Assembly (NCBI GenBank): GCA_016840405.1
Contig: JAEOSK010000004.1
Span: 49,174 to 113,173, forward strand
Reading direction: 5' to 3'
DNA length: 64,000 nt
Source of the DNA: Candidatus Hermodarchaeum yapensis
GTDB lineage: Archaea; Asgardarchaeota; Hermodarchaeia; Hermodarchaeales; Hermodarchaeaceae
Positions 1 to 8,910 of this stretch are shown here, piece by piece. The position numbers and the translations under genes are program-made. Below the pieces are notes generated by a model. The model ran no database searches. It was not told the DNA's origin and saw nothing but the letters and a program-made list of their open reading frames with translations. Within the stretch, counting starts at the first letter, position 1, and every line of letters begins with the position of its first letter.

Positions 1-68
1 TCAAAAAGTTCAGCTGTCGCAGAATCTTTACTTTGTGCAACTTTCCCATTCGTTTCTTGTGAATTCAT
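1..68 (-). CDS. 5' end of a gene running off the left edge of the window (MNSQETNGKVAQSKDSATAELF...)
   Basis: ATG at 68, GGAG upstream, frame open to the window edge; only 22 codons visible. Confidence 0.3.
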   Translation of the reverse strand, partial: MNSQETNGKVAQSKDSATAELF

Positions 69-378
69 CGGGAATTACATTCTCCAATAAATCTCTCAAA
101 ACTACACCCTATTTAATTCCTCAGTTCTTGACCGCTGGTCAATACACCTCGACCAATATTTTTGTCTAAGCTATTGAGTCAATCAAGCACTTTGGTCATG
201 TAAGAAAAACTAGCTAGAGGAAGCCTTAACTTCTTCAAAAAGCCCAGAAGCGATCAAGTCGGTGTCTGAAAATGAAATAAATTGTAAAAGAGGCAATCCT
301 TCACGGATTGAACCGGAACCAGCGCCTTTCAGGTTGCACTTCGAACTGGTGGAATGGAATAGATCCAAATCATTGCTT

Positions 379-492
379 TTTAAGGTTAGAGCAAGCGGAT
401 TTTCCAGGCGATATACGCCATTCTCTTGGGTTTCGAAGACAAATATGCCTGATATCGAACTAACGACGTGAAAGATGATTTGTTTCACGTCA
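379..492. repeat. Copy A of a diverged ~115-bp direct repeat containing a 9-bp palindrome and a TATA-like end
   Basis: Aligns by eye to 1715-1826 (gccattctcYYgggtttcgaagaca...gacgtgaaagatgatttgKttcac); perfect inverted repeat GACGTGAAA-N9-TTTCACGTC at 465-491. Confidence 0.85.
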
Positions 493-604
493 TATAATCT
501 TGGAAGAAGATGCAATATTGTTAGTGGGGTTTTTAGACTAATTTTAAAATCAGGATTTTCTTCAACATTTTCACTTGTGCCTCTGTTCGCTTGTCTTCAT
601 CCTG

Positions 605-1612
605 TTACTTCTGGAGGGTTAAGCTATCAGCATAGGGTGCAAGTGTTTTATCAATTTCAGTCATTTGTTTGTTAGAGAGAGGGCCATATTGGAGTGTTTG
701 GCTGATTTCCTCGACTTGCTTTTCGGTTTTAAAGCCGGGTATTGGGATGACTTGGGGTCCAAGAGCTAAAAGCCACCCAAGGGCAGCTTGCGTTAAGGTA
801 CGTCCGCCTCTGATGAGTATGTCGTGAATCATTTCGAGCATCTCAAGTTGTTTCGCTTGTCGTCCTTCTTGCATGTCCCACGCGGCTCGAATGTCGTTAG
901 GTACCTTTGAACTCTTGCTAAATTTTCCAGTCAGCAGACCCATAGCGAGTGGACCCCGTATGATATTCGCTTGGTCGAATTCTTCACAAAGGGCTAGCAT
1001 TTCTGTATTGCGCTCAAAGATATTATAGTGGTATTCCATAGCGGTGCAATGAGGTCCTGCAATAAACGTTCTAGCCCGATCAGGATTGACTGTACTCCAC
1101 CCATAAGCACGAATCATTCCGTTATCGACGAGAGTTTCCATCATAGGTACGAGAGCTTTTGCGAGGTGGGCATCGTACGCATTACAATGAAACAAGTAGA
1201 GGTCGATATAGTCGGTGTTAAGGCGTTGGAGACTGGCTTCACAGGCTTTTCGAATCGATTCGGGTTGGATAAGATCTGGATCACCTAACCAAGTCCTAGT
1301 GTCTTCTTCGAACATGCCCCCAAACTTGGTGCATATGATGACCTCATCTCGGTAACCTTTCAAGGCTTGACCTAGAATTCGTTCACTATGACCGCCTCCA
1401 TAGGCATCAGCTGTATCAAAGAAATTAATACCTAAATTCAGAGCTCTATGGATGGCTTGGATGGAATCGTCGTCGTTCACTTGACCATAACTCAACGCAA
1501 CTCGTTTACCTTCAGTTTGATACCAAAGGGGTCCACCAATAGCCCAACAACCGAGTCCTACCGAACTGACTTCAATCCCACTTCGACCTAATTTTCGAGT
1601 ACGAGTTTTCAT
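605..1612 (-). CDS. Aldo/keto reductase
   Basis: GLGCWAIGG, FFDTADAYG, CTKFG, SLQRLNTDYIDLY, IPIPG motifs; start placed at ATG 1612 (MKTRTRKLG) rather than ORF start 1786. Confidence 0.93.
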   Translation of the reverse strand: MKTRTRKLGRSGIEVSSVGLGCWAIGGPLWYQTEGKRVALSYGQVNDDDSIQAIHRALNLGINFFDTADAYGGGHSERILGQALKGYRDEVIICTKFGGMFEEDTRTWLGDPDLIQPESIRKACEASLQRLNTDYIDLYLFHCNAYDAHLAKALVPMMETLVDNGMIRAYGWSTVNPDRARTFIAGPHCTAMEYHYNIFERNTEMLALCEEFDQANIIRGPLAMGLLTGKFSKSSKVPNDIRAAWDMQEGRQAKQLEMLEMIHDILIRGGRTLTQAALGWLLALGPQVIPIPGFKTEKQVEEISQTLQYGPLSNKQMTEIDKTLAPYADSLTLQK

Positions 1613-1714
1613 TTTATCATTCTTCACGTTTATGTTAATCTGATAACTATCAAACATACATTTTTTCTTATCATTGAACCATCGGCCGGCAATTTCATTA
1701 GCACAATATATCTT

Positions 1715-1826
1715 ATTAAGATTAGAGTAAACGGTTTTTCTTTGATTTATGTGCCATTCTCTCGGGTTTCGAAGACATATGTGCAATTCCGATCAAATGA
1801 CGTGAAAGATGATTTGGTTCACATTA
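1715..1826. repeat. Copy B of the diverged ~115-bp direct repeat, upstream of the AKR gene
   Basis: See copy A; palindrome is imperfect here (GACGTGAAA-N9-GTTCACATT, 1799-1825). Confidence 0.85.
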
Positions 1827-1887
1827 AAAACTTCTAAAAATCCTTCGCCGAAGATACTAGCAAAATGCTTAGCGTGTTCTTCAAATC

Positions 1888-2994
1888 TTATGATTGCAGT
1901 TCCATGGTTTCTCTCAGCCTTTTCCCCCGTAGAGCATTCATTTTGTTCTTGATTAAGCTTAGACCAACAATTTTTCGGTCGAAGGAAATGGTCATTTGAG
2001 GTGAAAGATATGTGATGCTAGCACTGCCAATGGCATCGGGAAATTTTTCGCGATAATTCTCTTCCCACCTAAGATGACTTCCAATGCTATGGTGGTTTCC
2101 AAAGAGTAAGATGTTGTATTTTCCATGGAGGACTTTGTAGCCTATCGGAATGTAAGGATCTTGAACAATCTCACGAATGATCTTTTCTTTAGACTTTTTA
2201 ATTTCAAATAGTGAATAGGTCAATACATAATTTGGTGGTACAAAATAATTAGGAAAACGGCAAATCGGGGTAGCGAGTATATTCTTTTTTAGTAGTGATG
2301 CTATCCGCTTTTCAACCGTCTTTCGATGTAATCCAGTTTTTTCACATAAAGCAGCGTAGTTGGCTTTAATTCCATTTCCATCAACTAATTGTTTCATGAT
2401 TTCGATATCGACAATGTCGAGGGGGTGGCCATTTAAAGTCAGTTCACCCTTCGCTTTGAAATCGCTCTCAATGAGATGAATTCCGGAGTTGGGGTCGTAT
2501 TTGATTATACGTTGATTCGAAAAATAAGTCGTGCTCGAATTAAAATTCGCACCTTCCTCAGAGAGCCCATATTGCGATTTTAATATTGAAGGTAATGATT
2601 CCATGTAAATTTGGAAGTTTGTGATGTCTTTATGATAAACGAACAGTATGGTATCATAGTCTCCTTGCCGTGAACTAAAAGCTGCGAATATATATGGATC
2701 CTCTTTTACCCAGTTCTCGAATTTTTTTCGATCCTGTGGCGTTTTCGGTAGGTCTAATTGTAGATCAATGAGTAGCGGATAGTATTGATAAAGACCGGGG
2801 AATCTAAAAACGGGGCGATCGAGAATTTTATGATTAAAGAGTTTTTCAACTTTTTTCCTAATAGTATTTCTGTGTTTACCAAGAGCTCTTGAAAGATTGC
2901 TGAGGTTGACATTTACAGCCTCACCAGATACCAGACTTTGCATTAGTATCAGATCTTCTTCATTCTTTAGTAAATTTGACATAATTTCACGCAC
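1888..2994 (-). CDS. Internally duplicated Lrp/AsnC-like transcriptional regulator (two HTH plus effector-domain units)
   Basis: Two homologous halves: LSRALGKHRNTIRKKVEKL..RPVFRFP and LCEKTGLHRKTVEKRIASL..TPICRFP; probable start ATG 2982. Confidence 0.75.
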   Translation of the reverse strand: MREIMSNLLKNEEDLILMQSLVSGEAVNVNLSNLSRALGKHRNTIRKKVEKLFNHKILDRPVFRFPGLYQYYPLLIDLQLDLPKTPQDRKKFENWVKEDPYIFAAFSSRQGDYDTILFVYHKDITNFQIYMESLPSILKSQYGLSEEGANFNSSTTYFSNQRIIKYDPNSGIHLIESDFKAKGELTLNGHPLDIVDIEIMKQLVDGNGIKANYAALCEKTGLHRKTVEKRIASLLKKNILATPICRFPNYFVPPNYVLTYSLFEIKKSKEKIIREIVQDPYIPIGYKVLHGKYNILLFGNHHSIGSHLRWEENYREKFPDAIGSASITYLSPQMTISFDRKIVGLSLIKNKMNALRGKRLRETMELQS

Positions 2995-3237
2995 TTTAAG
3001 CCAATATTAATATCTTTTTCGTAATATTATATCAACTTTGTCATTATTCGTTGTTGATTATTATCTTATCAAATATGAATATTATTTGAACAAATGTGTC
3101 AATTATGTCATTTCTCTTTGCATAATAGTTAATCTATTTTGTATTTTTTCTCAAAAATTTGTAATCTATATTTAATAATATCTATTCTTCAATTTATAAT
3201 CAGAGCAAACACAAAAATTGTAAAAAAGGTGTTTATA
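2995..3237. promoter_or_regulatory. Very AT-rich divergent promoter region between the regulator and glutamate dehydrogenase
   Basis: Divergent gene starts; multiple TTTATA/TTAATA-like boxes. Confidence 0.55.
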
Positions 3238-4452
3238 ATGGAACAAACGGTTGTTGATTTACAGGAACAACGAATTTCCGTACTTGATGATTTGCTCGAA
3301 CAAGTAAACGTTACCAGCCTTCTAGATTCTTGGGGACCAGAGAAGGTCATCCAAGTCTATGACCCTAAAATTAAGATGGAGGGGATCCTCGTAATTGATA
3401 ATACGGCGCGGGGTCCTGGTAAAGGAGGATTTCGAATTAGCAGTGGTGTCACGCCTACCGAGGTCTTTAAGCTCGCGAGAACAATGACATGGAAATGCGC
3501 TTTAGCGGATCTTCCATTTGGCGGAGCAAAGGGTGCAATTAATGCAGATGCTTATTCGATTGATAAAATTCGATTCGTGAAGACTTTCGCCAGAGCTGTT
3601 TCCACTTTTTCACCCGATCAATGGGTGGCTGCTCCAGACATGAACGTGGGTGAGAAGGAGATTGAAGCGTTCGTTGAAGAAATCGGTAGTATGAAGGCAG
3701 CGACGGGGAAACCTGAACGCCTTGGAGGAATCCCTCATGAACTTGGTACTACAGGGTTTGGAGTGGGTGTATCAATTGAATCCACCTTGGAGGTTCTCAG
3801 TAAAACGGTGACAATTCAAGAGACACTTGAGAACCTAAAAGTCGTCATTCAGGGCTTTGGCAATGTTGGCTCAGAACTCACTAAGTATTTGGCGAATAGA
3901 GGCGCGCGGATTGTAGGCATTAGCGATTACTGGGGGGCAGCATATAACCCGAAGGGAATCGATGCTTCAAAAGCGTTGAAACACGCCTATGCCTGCGATG
4001 AAGCTCATTCTATTAAGGGATGTAAGGGTGCAACTGCAATTGCCAGAGATGATGTCACTTATTTGAATTGTGATATCTTGGTTCCGGCTGCGATATCAAA
4101 TGTCATCACAGGCCAAAACGCCTCGAAAATAAAAGCGAAACTTGTTTTTGAAGCTGCAAACAACCCAACAACCATCATAGCAGAACAGACCCTCTTTAAG
4201 AGAGGAGTCTTAGTCATTCCCGATTGTATAGTGAATGCGGGTGGGGTTATCGGTTCCTATGTTGAGTATATCGGGGGGAGTCCTGATGAAGCCTTCGCGA
4301 TGATTGAAGCGAAAATCTCACAAAATACACGTAAAGTGCTGAAAAGCGCAATCAACAGCGATACTATCACATTACCACGGGCCATGGCGATGAAGATTGC
4401 ACAAAAACGCGTTTCACAAGCAATGCATCGACGAGCAGGTCAAGAATTATAG
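3238..4452 (+). CDS. gdhA: Glu/Leu/Phe/Val dehydrogenase (glutamate dehydrogenase-like)
   Basis: GPGKGGFR, MTWKCA, PFGGAKG, APDMN, IQGFGNVG, EAANNP, NAGGV motifs; start ATG 3238. Confidence 0.92.
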   Translation: MEQTVVDLQEQRISVLDDLLEQVNVTSLLDSWGPEKVIQVYDPKIKMEGILVIDNTARGPGKGGFRISSGVTPTEVFKLARTMTWKCALADLPFGGAKGAINADAYSIDKIRFVKTFARAVSTFSPDQWVAAPDMNVGEKEIEAFVEEIGSMKAATGKPERLGGIPHELGTTGFGVGVSIESTLEVLSKTVTIQETLENLKVVIQGFGNVGSELTKYLANRGARIVGISDYWGAAYNPKGIDASKALKHAYACDEAHSIKGCKGATAIARDDVTYLNCDILVPAAISNVITGQNASKIKAKLVFEAANNPTTIIAEQTLFKRGVLVIPDCIVNAGGVIGSYVEYIGGSPDEAFAMIEAKISQNTRKVLKSAINSDTITLPRAMAMKIAQKRVSQAMHRRAGQEL

Positions 4453-4479
4453 AGAATAATCTGGAATGGAGGTGAAAAA

Positions 4480-4764
4480 ATGGAAATTAAATTAGTTAGA
4501 ATCCTACAATGCCTAGATCGATCCTCTTCGGGTTGTCCGCTAGGTCACATAACACGACATACGAATATCCCTGAGCCATTAAGTCTCCTCGACATCTTGG
4601 AAGAAAATAATCTTGTTCAACGCTGTTCATGTGATGGATGGTCACCTACTGGTCATCCACAATTTGAGATTACATCAAAGGGTTCTCAGAAGCTAAGAGA
4701 GATTGAAGCTTCCAGTATTCATATTCCGATTCGCATTTTAGAAAAAGCTTATGTGGGGCATTAA
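4480..4764 (+). CDS. Small winged-helix protein
   Basis: GGAGGTGA Shine-Dalgarno; LLDILEENNLV...FEITSKG wHTH wing pattern. Confidence 0.7.
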   Translation: MEIKLVRILQCLDRSSSGCPLGHITRHTNIPEPLSLLDILEENNLVQRCSCDGWSPTGHPQFEITSKGSQKLREIEASSIHIPIRILEKAYVGH

Positions 4765-4824
4765 TTCAACGCTTCTGAGAAGTGTTCGAAAATACGCATA
4801 AGCAGTAGTCTTGGGCGATGAATT

Positions 4825-4986
4825 ATATGACGAGGGGGCTGTGGATCCTCCCTTCGGCGAATTGTCAACTACCACTAATTGTAATCTATAGCTTGTATAT
4901 CGCATCCTGTGATACGGGTTCCTAGCAATGGTTGTTGCCATCGCTGGTTGAGCAACGGGAGAGGATTGAAGTCCCCTCAATCATGT
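4825..4986 (+). ncRNA. Candidate rod-shaped structured RNA (~160 nt), family unknown
   Basis: Nested helices 4832-4840/4970-4978, 4844-4852/4957-4966, 4854-4860/4941-4947, 4863-4874/4929-4940, 4899-4904/4908-4913; G-U pairs favour the + strand; lies between convergent genes. Confidence 0.5.
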
Positions 4987-5147
4987 TTGTGAGTGAGTTT
5001 GATGCTTAGTACTACGCCGCAGCTAGAACTGAATTTCTCTCCACCTTGCAATAAAGCACCACATGTAGGACAAGTCGTCAATACTTGTTGGTTGGAAACT
5101 CGAGTACGGGGACGGTTTTGAGTGGATAGAGACGATTGTGTTAGAGC

Positions 5148-5408
5148 TTACGTGCGGCGATCGTGGATGAATCCTATAACGAAATAAATGGAACAAACGA
5201 TTAGAAGGAGAACGAGTACCGTGACCGCGCCAACTATTGCCACAAATGGGTCGAGAAGGGGAGATAGGGACCATGATCCGTAAAATTCAAGGAACAGGTA
5301 GAAGCGTATGAAGGCAATAACGATTACTACGAGCCTGCATTGACAAAGATAACTCCTGAGCTTTGCGGAGAGAGTTTTATCTTCATTTTCAACACTCAAG
5401 TACCCCAC
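5148..5408 (-). CDS. Small two-TM membrane protein, hypothetical
   Basis: Two hydrophobic segments; divergent from tbp. Confidence 0.45.
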   Translation of the reverse strand: MGYLSVENEDKTLSAKLRSYLCQCRLVVIVIAFIRFYLFLEFYGSWSLSPLLDPFVAIVGAVTVLVLLLIVCSIYFVIGFIHDRRT

Positions 5409-5503
5409 CCAACTTCAAGTTGAAGTGAAGCCTTCTCATGCGAAATGGTTATGACGTCCTTAGTTAATTGGTGTACGAGATAATTTGTGCAGGAGACTGA
5501 CTG

Positions 5504-6055
5504 ATGCCCCGACGTCCAAAGTATAAAATTGAAAATGTAGTGGCAAGCGTAGAAGTTGTTGCAAAAATCGACCTTAACCTGTTAGTTCGTAAGCAAAAAG
5601 ATGCGGAATACAACCCTGAACAGTTTCCAGGGTTGATGCTTCGGATCAAGAATCCGAAGGCCACCATCCTCGTGTTTAGCAGTGGTAAAATGGTGATCAC
5701 CGGATTACGCAGAGAGACTGAGGCCGAGGCAGCTGTTGAAAAAGTCGTTAGCAAGATTCGAAAGGCAGGCATTACCGTCACAGGCAAGCCAAAAATCACC
5801 ATCCAGAATATTGTGGCCAGTGGTGACCTTCACAGCCGCATCGATCTGGACCTGGCTCAAATGACGCTGGAACGCTGTCTTTACGAACCCGAAGTCTTTC
5901 CCGGACTCATCTACCGAATGAAGACACCAAAGGCAGTTTTTCTCATTTTTAGTAGTGGTCGAATTGTGTGTGCTGGCACGAATAAAGAATCCATTACGAA
6001 GAAGTCCATCTACCTTCTTGCAGATCACCTGCGGGAATTAGGACTCATCGAGTAA
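5504..6055 (+). CDS. tbp: TATA-box-binding protein
   Basis: Two TBP repeats: IENVVAS..YNPEQFPGL..FSSGKMVITG and IQNIVAS..YEPEVFPGLIYR..FSSGRIVCAG. Confidence 0.98.
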   Translation: MPRRPKYKIENVVASVEVVAKIDLNLLVRKQKDAEYNPEQFPGLMLRIKNPKATILVFSSGKMVITGLRRETEAEAAVEKVVSKIRKAGITVTGKPKITIQNIVASGDLHSRIDLDLAQMTLERCLYEPEVFPGLIYRMKTPKAVFLIFSSGRIVCAGTNKESITKKSIYLLADHLRELGLIE

Positions 6056-6080
6056 TAGTGCTCCATTGAATGCTCCCACA

Positions 6081-6255
6081 TCGACGTTCTCCACGACTGA
6101 AGCCGAGGGAGTTCTCGCTGCCTACTCTAAAAAAATCAGCAACCGTTGCAGCAGGACATTTTTCGGGGTGTGATCTGCCCCACGTTACGAATATCGAAGA
6201 CGTTCCTGAAATGTTTACACCTATGGAGAATTAATCCACAGCTGCTTATATTAAA
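6081..6255 (-). mobile_element. Decayed IS200/IS605-family right end with a frameshifted tnpB C-terminal remnant
   Basis: Minus strand GAACTCCCTCGGC-TTCA-GTCGTGGAGAACGTC hairpin resembling IS605 right ends, preceded by SCGLILHR..RNV..VGQITP resembling the TnpB CG..DRD.NA..N..VG..PE tail. Confidence 0.5.
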
Positions 6256-6282
6256 CCGAGATCTCTGCTCCTTCGGTGATAG

Positions 6283-7053
6283 ATGGTGAACAACAGCATC
6301 TGTATCAAAACCGAAGGCTTGACGAAAATCTTTGGGTCCGTTCAAGCCATCAGAGAGCTCGATTTAGAGGTGAAATCGGGTAGTCGATTTGGTTTTTTAG
6401 GTCCGAATGGGGCTGGAAAGACCACGACGGTTCGCATTCTCTCAGGGCTCTTAAAACAGACGAGTGGCACTGGCACGGTCTGTGGATATGACGTATCTAC
6501 CCAGCGTAATTCGATCAAGGCTGTAACGGGTCTTCTCCCCGAAACACCTGGCCTCTACTCCAAGCTTTCTGCCGTGGAGTTCCTCGAGTTTATTGGAGCC
6601 CTGAATGGTCGTAATGGAGACTCGCTGCATCAGCGGATTGACCGCCTTCTGGCCATTCTGGGACTGGAAGGTCGCCAAGAGGATTTACTCGAGTCATATT
6701 CGTCTGGGATGAAGCAAAAGGTTCTCATGGCTTCGACGTTACTGCATGATCCGCAACTCGTGTTTTTGGATGAACCAACGTCACGTCTCGACCCCGCGGC
6801 TTCAGCTCTAGTAAAGGATTTGATACTCCTTCTCGCCGAGGAAAATGAAACGAGCTTTTTCATCTGCACGCACATTACCAGCTTCGCTGAGGATGTGTGT
6901 GATGTAATTGGTATTATCAATGAAGGGCAATTAGTGATCGTTGATTCGCCTCATCAAATAATTGAATCAACAAAAACGAGGAATCTTGAAGAAGCGTATC
7001 TCAAAATCGTCGGTGGCAAGGTCGACCGCCAGACCTTACTTACATGGAGGTAG
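6283..7053 (+). CDS. ABC-2 type transporter ATP-binding subunit
   Basis: GPNGAGKTT, YSSGMKQ, FLDEPT, CTH. Confidence 0.96.
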   Translation: MVNNSICIKTEGLTKIFGSVQAIRELDLEVKSGSRFGFLGPNGAGKTTTVRILSGLLKQTSGTGTVCGYDVSTQRNSIKAVTGLLPETPGLYSKLSAVEFLEFIGALNGRNGDSLHQRIDRLLAILGLEGRQEDLLESYSSGMKQKVLMASTLLHDPQLVFLDEPTSRLDPAASALVKDLILLLAEENETSFFICTHITSFAEDVCDVIGIINEGQLVIVDSPHQIIESTKTRNLEEAYLKIVGGKVDRQTLLTWR

Positions 7054-8744
7054 CGGAGATGGAGTGTAGATGGCTTCAGATCGCGAAGGCAGAATTTTTC
7101 GTCTTGACTGCGAGATTCAAGGGTCACCGGAAACTCTTCATGGGCTTAGTGCTTAGCCTTGGATTGCTCTGGGCAGTTTATTTTGCCCCATTAGTAGTGG
7201 GGCTCGTGATGGAGGTCCTTACTCCCATAACGCCAATTCGTGTAATTCTCCAAGTCATGTTTCCGGGGCTGATGCGTGCAGTGATGCTATTACTGTGGAT
7301 GCTTCTCCTTATCATCCCCTTAGGTCAGGCACTTTCAGAGATTAAGATTGGGCAATGGGAGATTCTCCTTGCCAGTAATGTCACAACCCGCGATATCCTC
7401 GTTGGAACCTTTCTTGGCAAGATACCTAGCTATACGTTGTACGTCCTTGTTTTGGCACCACTCTTACTCTCACCTTTTCTACTTGCCCTTCAGGTCTCGC
7501 TTCTAGGGCAGCTACTAATTTACACAATCCTTACACTGATGATTCTGACCATTAATTGGCTGTCCAACATCATTTGTGCGGCTCTTCAAGCAAAACTAGG
7601 TGAGTCCTCACGCGGTAACGATATCGCCAAAGCCCTCGCCCTGCTAATGGGTTTGATAGCGATTATTCCAGTATTGGGTCTACAGCTCTTCGCCACTCAG
7701 TTCTCTGTGATCTTAGGGCTAAACGTCTTCTTGGTGTTTCCCTTCACCTGGAGTGCTGACCTCGTTAGCTGGCTCGCTATCACCTTCAACGGTATTAACC
7801 TTACTGCTTCACAAATAGCGCACTTTCAGAATGTCCTGCAATTCGATTTACTCACAAATGGGCTACTCATAGTGGTCTTCGGCGTGGTGTGTATTGGTAT
7901 TGGTCTCCTATCCGCTGAACGTCTCTTTACATACCAGATAGGGGCGCGAAGCGAAACGGTGAGAACTGTAAAGCGTGAAAACATCCTTCTACGGGGTCTG
8001 CGAAAAATCAGTCCTAGTTCCTTTGGGTCCCTAGTAGTGACCTGTTTTAAGACCTTCTTCCGACAGGTTCAGAACCTCTCTAAGATCGCGATGGCACTTA
8101 CCCTTTCAGTGATCCTGCCGTTTCTTGTGATTCTTGTATACGGACAAGGTTCTCCGATAACGTTGGACTCTCTTTTACCAATAACGGGATATGGTCTGGC
8201 ATTTATGGGTATCATGGCTTTTAGCGGAACTTCTTTTCTTGAAAGCAAGGATCAGCTTTGGATGATCCAAGCAGTTCCACGGGGGACGTCACGGTTTGTT
8301 AAGGCTCGATTAGTAATAGCAGTTCTCATTGCTTTACCGCTTAGTCTTATTCCCACAACTGTATTGACCATCATGATGGGGTTGGAGCTATTCCAATTCT
8401 TCTGGCTTTTCGGGTATGGCTACGCCATGGTGTGCGGCGCTGCATTGTTCGGCACCGGAATCACAGCCTTGAATCCGAACTATGAGGACATAAAATCACC
8501 AGTATATACGACGAGTATGATGATCGCAAATATGATTTGCTTATTCGTTACTATGGCCAGTCCCTTCATACTCAGTGTCATCACAAGGTTCTTCATCGGC
8601 GTCTCTCTTGATACTCTTCTTGTGACATGGGGTTTCTTGAGCGCAGGAGTCGGTCGAACAATAATCACAGCAGTATTTCTGCTGGTACTCGGTGCACTAG
8701 TTGTGTTGGTGGGAACTCGAAGGCTGGGTCGACCTGGCACTTAA
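7044..8744 (+). CDS. ABC transporter permease (multi-TM)
   Basis: About 13 hydrophobic segments; coupled to the ATPase gene. Confidence 0.85.
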   Translation: MEVAEMECRWLQIAKAEFFVLTARFKGHRKLFMGLVLSLGLLWAVYFAPLVVGLVMEVLTPITPIRVILQVMFPGLMRAVMLLLWMLLLIIPLGQALSEIKIGQWEILLASNVTTRDILVGTFLGKIPSYTLYVLVLAPLLLSPFLLALQVSLLGQLLIYTILTLMILTINWLSNIICAALQAKLGESSRGNDIAKALALLMGLIAIIPVLGLQLFATQFSVILGLNVFLVFPFTWSADLVSWLAITFNGINLTASQIAHFQNVLQFDLLTNGLLIVVFGVVCIGIGLLSAERLFTYQIGARSETVRTVKRENILLRGLRKISPSSFGSLVVTCFKTFFRQVQNLSKIAMALTLSVILPFLVILVYGQGSPITLDSLLPITGYGLAFMGIMAFSGTSFLESKDQLWMIQAVPRGTSRFVKARLVIAVLIALPLSLIPTTVLTIMMGLELFQFFWLFGYGYAMVCGAALFGTGITALNPNYEDIKSPVYTTSMMIANMICLFVTMASPFILSVITRFFIGVSLDTLLVTWGFLSAGVGRTIITAVFLLVLGALVVLVGTRRLGRPGT

Positions 8745-8910
8745 TTTGAATAAGGAGGAACAAAGCAACTTTATACAGGCTACAACTCCTGTAGACTTTG
8801 AATCGGTCATGACCTTTCATACCGGTTCATCGTCTTCAGGAATATACTGGTCAATGAGTGAAATGGATTTCCGAATGAAGCTGTTGGTTGATGGAAGGTG
8901 AACGAGTGGA

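Noticed and set aside
290-355. tRNA-like GGTTCAATCC and CTGAAAG on the minus strand
   Set aside because: No acceptor, D or anticodon stems can be paired, and the T-loop is the wrong length
210-515. 101-aa minus-strand ORF and overlapping short ORFs
   Set aside because: No family signal; they overlap the duplicated non-coding block, whose second copy is interrupted in this frame
1613-1786. 58-aa N-terminal extension of the AKR ORF (similar extensions on gdh, helicase, WD40, QueG-like and nitrilase ORFs)
   Set aside because: The extensions cover TATA/SD regions, and family homology begins at downstream starts
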